From Spironucleus salmonicida (taxonomy: Eukaryota), in contig NC_090597.1 in the NCBI RefSeq assembly GCF_000497125.1, forward strand, positions 1,623,797-1,687,796: a DNA stretch of 64,000 nt, in the 5' to 3' direction. Numbering within the stretch: position 1 is the first letter of the stretch; the number at the start of each line of letters is the position of its first letter. Positions 54,239 to 64,000 of this stretch are shown here, in pieces. Made by a program: the position numbers and the translations under genes. Below the pieces are notes generated by a model. The model was given only the letters and a program-made list of their open reading frames with translations. It made no database searches and was not told the DNA's origin.

Positions 54239-57200
54239 TCACAAATTTTAGTCTAAAAACTTTAAAAATTAATCTTCACCTAATCTCATCTAACCAAATT
54301 AGTATGCATTGTCTAAATGATATTTTTAAATATTAGGAATATTCAAAGGTTATGCAAATATATTTATATCAAGAGCATTAATTATTTTAATCTTTTTATT
54401 AGGGATATTGCTAGCCATAAATTAATAATTATAATATTCTGAATTGGGATAATTGAACAGAAATTTATTCTGCTTATCTACAAGTAACTGCAACTATTAT
54501 ACATTTAGTTATGTAAGTTTTATTAATTTTTAGTTCTTATATAAAAAGTAATCCCCTGCGAAAATTATTTATGAACCTGTATTACTATCTGTTAGAATAT
54601 TTCCAGAAAACGTAATTAAGAAAAGCTAAAACAAAGTGCTTTCTAACTTTCTAAGTCGTAATTCTTCAGCTGCTTTAACCTACATTTCATACTCATTTAA
54701 TGTTAACTAAATTTCTAAGTTAAGTTAAGCAATCTTTTACTAGTTTCTAGGGCAAATGTTTAATTTTTTTAGTTGATTTTTTTAATTACTAATTAAAGTA
54801 TCATAATCTTCCTGTCGTTTTTATATAAGTTCTTTCTTGTTAAAATATGTAACTTAATTTCTCAATTGCTTAACTTCTTACAGTAGTGATAAATATTAAA
54901 TTTCTGCATCATGTTGAATTTAAATTAGTTTATCGCTTTAAAGAACTTATGTTATTAACCATGTAAAAAATTTTACTTTAATATGTACTGGCAAATATGA
55001 AAATGTTAATATTGGATGATTTTTTATTTTTTCGAAAATTTGGTCCTAGCGAGCACTTCTATCAATTTTTTTGGAAATTTTTTAACTAAATAATTCAGCC
55101 TCATCCTATGTAATCTATAAAACTGTAAATTCAGAATCATAATTAGTTTTATAAAATTCTTAGTAAGTAATAAAAGAATTGAGAGGATAATCAAAAGAAG
55201 GTGCCCAAAACTTTTTTGTAAGAGAATTTTCGAATTAATAAAGAAGAGAATACCGCTTCATCATAACATTCACTACCTACGATGATAATTTGTACATGGA
55301 ATAATTTTCTGATTTAGAGTATATTTTATGAAAGATGTCATCAAATTAATTAGTAAGATGATTCAACAAAACACAAATAAACTAAATCGCAATAATATCT
55401 TTATCTCTAAGAGAAACTTGTACAATATAATAAAGCAGCTATTCAATCCATACTTCATCACAAGAACCAAGCTTTTCCTTATTTTACAATGGAACAATCG
55501 AAATAACATCTTTTTATATTTATTTAATTGACGATATTTGGTTATCTTCATCTTCTTCGTCCAATTCTTAATCTTATTAATACTTAAGACTTTTTTTAAT
55601 TGAAAGTTGTGGTACATCTCCTTAAATTTTTTAAATTTTAGTCTTCAATTTGTTTTATTTTTCTTTTTAAATAGATTTCTTAGACACTCTAGTTTATTTT
55701 TATTCAACTATATTATAATCACTTTCATTTGAAATACTATCATTGGTATATTCATCATTACTGCTTTAACTTCCAGTTAAACTATTTTCAATGAATTCAT
55801 TAAGACTACTAGAGTCATACGAATAATCCCCTGGTTCATTTGATTCTGTTAAGGAAGAATCAACAACTTATTTATATTCCTTATGAGTCTGCAGTTAATC
55901 TTCTATTTTAAATGTAGAATTAATATTTACAGTTGATTTTATTGATGATAATGTCCATTTACTTTATTATATATCATCTTCATCTTAATTTTTGCTAGCC
56001 TATAAGAATCCTATATTAACAGGTTCTTATTAAAACAGCAATTGAATTAACTAACAAATGAATTAATAAATAAAAGGTTAAACTTTATTATTATATAAAG
56101 GAGAAAATGCATTAAAATACTATTAGCTACCATCAAATAAAAAGCACTCTACAAACTCATCGATTGTGATCAATGGCATTTTGAGTAACGATGAATAGTG
56201 GTAGAAAAATTAATATAGCTGAAATAATTAAGGATCTATTATTGTATTAGCCTAGTTGAAAATTAAATTTATAAGATCTTCTAAACCAGGTTATTCAATT
56301 TCAATATTCTATACTACTAGGGTTGACTTAAGATCAAATAAAAGTTCTTATTAATTTGCATTCAATAGAAACTAAATAAATATTTACTAGTCTTCTTCTA
56401 AATCATTTTCATTTACGTCAGTATGTTTTAACAATTTTTCATTAAATATGTTACCATTCTGTTATATAAATAATTAATATGATTACAACTATAATAGCTT
56501 TTACTCATATTATGGAGTCATAACCAAAACATATTTAGCATTATCCGCATTTAACTAAAGCATTAGATTTTTTTGCTATGAACTAAATAAATCAAACTAT
56601 CTTATATTATCGAAAAATTTTTATACAATATCATTCATTAATAGAAACATGCTGTATAAGCAGTCAAATACTTAATCATAATTTTCAAAATTACACTAAA
56701 TAAATTACTCTAACTCGTTGAGTTAAAATATCTCTTTAAAATCTATCATATCTTTAATTTCATTAAATTTTTTCCTTTACGTAAAAACAGGAGTTAATTC
56801 ATTGAATAAAGCTAATTTTCCAGCCAAAATTCCTTATTTTGCTATGAAAGAGATAGGCAAAGATGTCACACATCTCTTTGCTATTACTTATTCGCTTTAC
56901 ACTCCAACAATTAAATATGTTTATTCTGAAAATTCGATAATATCCCCAGGAAATATTAACTCGCCTCTTTTTGGTTAACTCAGTTCCAGTTTATGATGAA
57001 CCAACGCCTATAACACGTATGATCTGGGAGATTCAAGTAATAGTCGTGCTGTATTAATATCCATATCTAATATCTGTATAAAAGATAATTATTTTGATGA
57101 AAAGAATGAGTCATAATATTTAAATTTAAGCGAAAATAGATATTCGTGGTAAATCTATAAATCATCAAAGACTTCATCAGTAATGGGAGATTTATAAACT

Positions 57201-57253
57201 AAGTGTGAACCAGGAAAAGTATTTGAGAAATTCAATAAATCAAGGTATGACAT
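54239..57253 (-). CDS. Hypothetical protein (~1004 aa), possibly a degenerate Upf1/Sen1-like SF1 helicase fold
   Basis: Long code-6 ORF with an acidic central insert. Weak remnants of AAA_12-like motif order in the C-terminus. Confidence 0.6.
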
Positions 57254-57345
57254 TTACGGAATGGTTAGCTTGAGCCTAATTGGAAAGTGAATGGTCTCTC
57301 AATATTAATACTATATATAATAATAAACTAATATTAACAAATCAA

Positions 57346-60300
57346 ATGGATAAAGTAGGTTAATTTCCACTAGTTGAATATGCTTAATTATTAAATCATA
57401 TGGACATATATAACTCAAAAATATGTAAATTATTATGTAATTCAAATCATTCTGATGGATTATAATTAACTTTTGGTTTTCCAACTATTATTATTCATGA
57501 TATTGAATCTGCTAGTTTTATTTTAAATAAAGCTATATTTGCCAATACATTCTTTAATATTGATGGATAATTTACATAAATATTTGCAGAAAACTGGATA
57601 CGTGTATAGTTTATTGAAGTTAAATAGTATTATATTTAAGTTAAGATAATTTTATATCAATAATCATAATGTGCAATTAATTTAGCAATAAATGCTATTA
57701 TTTCGATATTTTATAAAAGCTTTACATATCAAAATCTTTCTAATCAGTAACTTTAAATATTATATAAAAGCAATATTGATTTTGAATAATAATAGAAACG
57801 CTACTCAAAATTTTTATAGTTATCATAGTTAAAAGGGGAAGATTTATAGCAGGAGAGTAAAAAGTTATGCTAATAAATTTTTACATCAATAAAATCCTAG
57901 CGATTTACGTTAATTGCTACATCTTCAAATGAAAATATTATTAATTTTATAAAGGAAACTATATTAACGTCAACTATTACAATATAAAGTAATATATAAG
58001 ATAATTCTTATTTATATTTCCAACGTCTTGAGAATCCTAAACTATATCAGTAACTCATTATAAACGAAAATTAAGATCAAAGTAATACAGATTTTGAAAT
58101 TTGTACAGTTGAAAGTATTATGTATCTAACAGATATTTTTTCCAATCATTGTGTAAATGAATCATTTATTTATATCGCTTAGTGGCTTTAACATAAATCA
58201 GGACCTCTTGTTACATATATGAAGAACTAGCTTATACCAGAATAGATAGCAAATTAATCTGTCGTTCGATTATAAACTTATGAGAAATATATATTTTTGT
58301 AAGTTGAGATTTATAATGTGCCTGAAATATATTCTGAATAACTCTTATCAATAATGTAAGATATATTATAACATCCAGTGTAATAACTAATTTGTCGATC
58401 GAGATAGTTCTTGGATTAAATTATTGAAGAGAATATATAAAGTTTACATCTTAAAACATCATTTCACGACCTTATTGTGAATGACATAATGTATAACTCA
58501 TTCGATTAGGTGAACGTACATGCATAGTAATGCAATAGCATTCATAATTGGCTAGGTCCATAGTAATATTTTTAAGGGATATAAAATATAGTTATTCATG
58601 ATATTTGGTCTTCAATACTTGATGATAATAATTAGATTACTAAACAGTATTAAAAATAATCTTTTAAAAATCAAAATATAAGTATTTACTAATATCTTTA
58701 AATTAAACCTAAGTAAAAAACTCAAAATATGAAGAATATTTTTACAGATAAGATTAAGTTCTAAGAAAACAACTCTAATTTAGATATATTTATTTAAAAT
58801 ACATACAAAAAACAATATTTTGGTATTTTAAGTTCAATAAATAGAACATAAAGAATATTAAAACTATTACAGGATCAACCTGATATTCTCTAGTTTATAC
58901 AGCAACTATTTTTATAAATTACATAAGCACAGGCAATCTTATTTTAAGTAATAGCTGGTATATATTTTTCACCATATTAAACTATAATTAATATCATTAA
59001 ACCTAATAGAAGATCAAAATCTTCTTTAGACGATGAGGCATTAGAAATATTCAACCAATGTAATTTTAATCTTTCGCCATTTTAAGAATTATATTAACTT
59101 TATAAAAACATCATTAAAAATGGTTAATCAGACAAAATTATTGATTCAAGAGGTTTACCGAAGCTTATAATTTCAAAGAGTAAAGAATTTTATACTAATA
59201 CCAATGATCGTAATCCAAATTTTAATTAGCATTTAACATTAGATATTGGTCAATTGACTATTAATCAATCTAGCTAGTTAACATAATTTAATATACTTTG
59301 TTAAATTTAATAATAAGCTTATTAATATTATAACGTTACAGATTTGTAAACTCTATTCTAGAATAAAATTCTATTTAAAAATATAAATGTTATTAGATAT
59401 TAAGCAGTTTATAATATTCTTATTGATTAATTATCACAAATCCCATGTTTTAAAATCTAACTCATATATTCCTTTGAAACTTCGCATATACAGTAAGATT
59501 TATAATATTTAGTTTAGATTTTAGTATATATGTATAATTTACGATCACCTAATACTATTAAGTTTACTTTTTTATAGAATAAAATTAATGTTGAGGTAAA
59601 TTCACATACTGCTGCTGATTTTTAATTTAAATTAGAATAATTTTTCTTAATAATATCATAAAAATTTACAGTAGATGATTTTGCTACTATAATCAAGATT
59701 GAAGCACTAACTGGCTTATTAATGTTATTGTAATAAATTATTTTTATGAATATATAATAAAACAGCAGTATATTTATAGAACAATTTAGTTCTTTTTAGA
59801 ATGATATAAATTTTAATCTTAAAGCGATTCAAAATTTGAAAAGTTATATTCATAATATTCTAGAACATTTATAAAATTTTAAGAAACGTTTATTACCAAC
59901 ATATTAATCAGTTATTGCTAGATAAGAGAACCAATATTCAATAGTATTATAGGAAAATATAAATTTACCGTCTTGTATTATATAAATTCATCTTAATAAT
60001 AAGAATATTCTTTAAAATGCAATTATTCGTGAAATTTTATAGATTATTTTATTAAAGGAATCACAACTAGGTAATTTTTAAATATTGCTTGATTCATCTT
60101 TGTCATATATATAGATTTACTTATAAGCAGAAAATAGATACATCTTAAATTTTCTGCATGTTTTGAAATAATAAAATTTTAAGAGTATGATGCAACAAAA
60201 ATATAAATTTTACATATTGAACTAATTAATAACAAATACAAGGCTATCAAATTTGATATAGTTTTTTGATAATGAATTTAACACTTTAGTATTTTAACCT

Positions 60301-61395
60301 TTTGTAATTACTAGTATCTTTTGTTCCTAAAAATAAGATTAAGATTATGATAAGCTGTTATATTTTGTCAATAACTCATAAATAAATTGTTTATCATTTA
60401 ATATGCCGCCCAAAATTGAAATGACTATTATTAATCATTCTAAAGTAAGTTTAAGAATTCTGCCCCCTAATATAACAAAACTTGTTTCATAGATATAAAA
60501 CTAAATATTTAATGGGATATAGTTAAAATCTGCAGATTCCATAAAATACCTTAAAGATAAATTTTTAAAGCTAAAAACATTATAAGAGCAAACAAATAAA
60601 CTCAGTGAGGAAATACGTGTTTCTTCTAACAAAATATTGTTAATATAAGATGATATATAACACCATAATCATATTTCAATTAAGTCATAAAGTAGTTATG
60701 TAAATCACATATTAAATAATAGCATTGTCTATAATATAATTTAATTAGAAGATAATGAATAGTAACTACCTGTATTTCCACACGACTGCTTTAACTCGAA
60801 TCGTTTTATGATACCCCGTGTTATGAAAATGTTTAATATATGCTAAGCAGAAGGAAAATCTTAAACAAGAGATAATTTATGGAGTTTTGGTGAAATTCCT
60901 ATTAAAGATGGATTTAAATTTAATGACTTGCAATAGGAATAAATCACAACCTCGTTTTCATCAGGTTATCAAGACCTAATATCCAAAAAACATTTATTAA
61001 TTCATGAAACTGTATAATACAGATATCTTTTGATTTAATCTTTACTATCAAACATTTTAAATATCAAGCAAACTTTTAGTTTTATTCAATAAGGATAATT
61101 TTCTTATATAAGTTTTGCACTACCAAGCACATAGCAACCAGTTTTTATACCAATTTTAAATTCAATTAATAACTTTCAAGGAATTAGAGGGATCAGGTCA
61201 AAATCAATCTTGCCATTAAAAAATAAAATAAATGATTATATATATTTAGAAGGAGATGCTCTCGATCCGGACCAATACTAACAATTAATCGATTAAATAA
61301 TAATTGATAACTTTAATAGTATTTTTAATATTCTAAAAGTCGACCATTAAGGTAAAATTTTAGAATCATTGTTTAAAATCTAAAATACTCAGTGA
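57346..61395 (+). CDS. Hypothetical Gln/Ile-rich protein (~1349 aa)
   Basis: ATG at 57346 and CAG TGA at 61393-61395 in frame. No recognised motif. Confidence 0.7.
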
Positions 61396-61542
61396 TCAAG
61401 TTTCTAAAATAAAAATTAACCATCTATAAAGTCTCATAAATATCATTACAACTAAAATCAATAAGTAATTCTATTTAAATATTCTATATATTATTATATA
61501 ATTATTTCGAATTTAATTTATTTATTTAAAATTTTATCAAAA

Positions 61543-61986
61543 ATGCTAACAAAACTTCAATTAAAACGCGCCAAAAACGAACACAAGCGTGAATTAATTT
61601 TTGAGTAATATAACCTCAAGAATATTCAAATCGCAAAAAAGCTAAAACCCTTTTATCAATAAACATACGAAATTACTCCATTAATTCTATCTTAAACAGT
61701 AGAATTGCCATTGAATTTTTAGGAAAAATGCTTAATTTCGTAACAGTAAAAGACTAAGACCTTTGCTAAAACATTCTACCGTGACTACTATGCGACACTC
61801 CGGACTGAAATATCAAAAATGTTAGTTGTTAAAGCACTCTAAAATTAAAAATTGGATCAAACTGTAAATGCAGAGATACGTTAGAAGCTAGAGGAAAATA
61901 TGTTGTAGAGTGGACATATTATCACATAGCTTCAATCAGAGCGATTTGAGATAGAAAAAAAATTGTAGCTTTTGGACTTATAATGA
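61543..61986 (+). CDS. Small hypothetical coiled-coil protein, 147 aa
   Basis: MLTKLQLKRAKNEHKRELIFEQY...LQLLDLQ*, read through in full. Confidence 0.75.
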
Positions 61987-62015
61987 TATAATATTTTGCA
62001 TATTTATATTAATAA

Positions 62016-62948
62016 ATGTTTCTTATTGACGTTGATGGTGTGTTGAAATTAGGCCATACTCCATTCAATTTTTCTAAGTAAGTACTTACCTAGCTATATG
62101 ATAATAAGATACCACATGTATTGCTTTCTAATGCTTGCGGTGCTGAAGAATAGTTTTCGGAGAGATTATCAAAAATTTTAGATTTTTAAATAGATCCAGA
62201 AAAAGTTGTTCTATCATCTTCCCCATTATCTAATTATTTGATATAGAATCCTCTAGATAAAATACTCGTTTTAGGCTCGAATACCCTAGCAGATCGTTTT
62301 TTTAGTAAATTTTCAAATCCATATATTTATCCGGAAGATATCATTAGCAGGTATCCAGAAATTGCTCCACAATACAGGCATATTAATCAAAATGTTTAAT
62401 CAATAAGAGAACTCTGTTTTGACGAAATAGATACTATCATATTTTTCGCTGACTCTATCAACTGGTATGCAGATATCCAAGTAGTTTTAGACGTGGTATT
62501 AAACAAATCATCTATTAATCCTCATAAATAAGGTTCTAAAACTCCTAAAATTTTTGTATCTAATCCAGATATCACTTATGCTGATGATTCTGTATAGCCT
62601 AAGCTTACAGTCGGCGCTGAAGTAGAATGCTTTAAATCACTTTATAAAAGTATTACATCCCAAGATGTCCATATAACATACTTTGGGAAACCATACACAC
62701 CAGTTTATGAGTTATCTATTAAAAAACTGAAAAGTATGGATAATTATTCACCAGATAAGGAGATTTATATGATAGGAGACTCTTTATAAAGTGATATTAA
62801 GGGCGCCAATTTAAATGGTATTACAAGTTGTTTAGTATTGACTGGAAAAGTTAAGAATGAATCTGAATTAGTTGACGTTCCATAAGATTTATATCCAAAA
62901 AAGATATTTAAAAATATACAAAAAGCCTTATAAGAACTACTCAAGTGA
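62016..62948 (+). CDS. HAD-superfamily IIA hydrolase, CECR5/HDHD5-like, 310 aa
   Basis: FLIDVDGVL (motif I), LLSN, NWYADIQVVLD, SNPDITY, FGKP and YMIGDSLQSDIKGAN...LVLTG. Ends AAG TGA. Confidence 0.9.
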
Positions 62949-62959
62949 AATTATTTGGA

Positions 62960-64000
62960 TCATTAAGTAAGCCATTATTCCAACCAGGATAAATCGTATT
63001 TAATAAATACTTATACTCTTTCAAATATAAATTTAAACTCATCTTTCGTAAAAAGCTCTTTCTAAATACATAATTAAATAGCTGAAGTCGCTTTTCCTTT
63101 TGATTCCGATTAGCAGCAATTGATAATTTTATTCACATAAAATTTTGTTGGTAAAATTAGGTCAATACTCTATAAATATGAAATAACGTCAATAAAATAA
63201 TCATCTTTATTTTATAAAAATTAAATAAAAGATTTTTCAAAACATATTTCTATAAACTTAGGTTAATTATAATATGATTTAAAACTAAATGCGTCTATAA
63301 CCTACTGTGCAAATGGGCATTTTAATTATATAAATAAGTCTGTAACTTTTTGAGATGAAGTTAAATTACCTGGTACCAGTTATAACATAGATTTTACTAT
63401 ATCTTTAAATGCCTCAGCTGATGAAGGTATTTTTTAGAAAAATATTGTATGTAATAAATTTATCAAATCAAGTTCAAATTTATTTAGAAGAATAGTTGAT
63501 AAATTCTCTTTTGAGAGATTAAAATATGAAAAATTATCATCTTTTAAACATTATTAATAAGGTACATAATCATTGATTAAATTAAATTATTCTTATTCTA
63601 TTAAATTTAAAATATAATTTTATTATTCCTCAGTTAATTGTTCATTTTCATTATATTCCATGAGAGTAGACTAATACGAATATTAAATAACCTATTTCAA
63701 AACTTAAAGTAAGATATTATAATTAGACTAATCTTTTAATATAGATAAAAATGAGGTAAAGCTAAGTTATTTTTAAATTAATAAATCTGATACAAATTTT
63801 ATTAAGAATTAATAATTATCTTTATCCCAGCTATATAATGTGTCAAATGCCCAATCTACAATAGAAGTGAAAAATTGTTAATTATCAACTTTTCTCAATT
63901 GCTTTTAGGACTAAAATAAAAACTATTAAATTTTTTACGGGGTTAAATTAATATCTTTATATTTCTTTAAAATATTTAGTAAGTTTTCACTTAATTTATT
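62960..64000 (-). CDS. Hypothetical helical protein, C-terminal part (5' end outside the window)
   Basis: Minus-strand frame ending ...YDLSWLEQWLTQ* (TAA TGA), convergent with the HAD gene. Confidence 0.65.

Noticed and set aside
53724-57253. One continuous minus-strand gene
   Set aside because: A TGA at 54239-54241 ends the long frame, and the downstream ORF is in a different frame with its own ATG.

Overview
Very AT-rich, gene-dense and apparently intron-less eukaryotic DNA. It uses translation table 6 (TAA/TAG = Gln, TGA the only stop), so the supplied standard-code ORF track is mostly fragments or antisense noise. The code, the tiny intergenic gaps, an ankyrin/coiled-coil 'Protein 21.1'-type gene and stop codons fused to AGTGA point to a hexamitid diplomonad such as Spironucleus (inference). 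Re-translating by hand gives about 29 CDSs. Recognisable products are PP2A B55, a bacterial-type Fe-ADH, riboflavin kinase, a UTP12-like WD protein, CCA-adding enzyme, Protein 21.1, threonine dehydratase, a 15.7 kb single-exon Hydin, REI1, IMP3, NOP10, VPS4, SOF1, a Tonsoku-like TPR-LRR protein, a degenerate sirtuin, RPA1 and a CECR5-type HAD hydrolase, plus several orphans. The most notable items are a threonine dehydratase fused to an apparently dead duplicate of itself, a NOP10 with an archaeal-type Cys4 zinc ribbon, and a SirTM-like or pseudo-sirtuin. All homology calls come from motif recognition by eye. Frames of the longest ORFs were only spot-checked.
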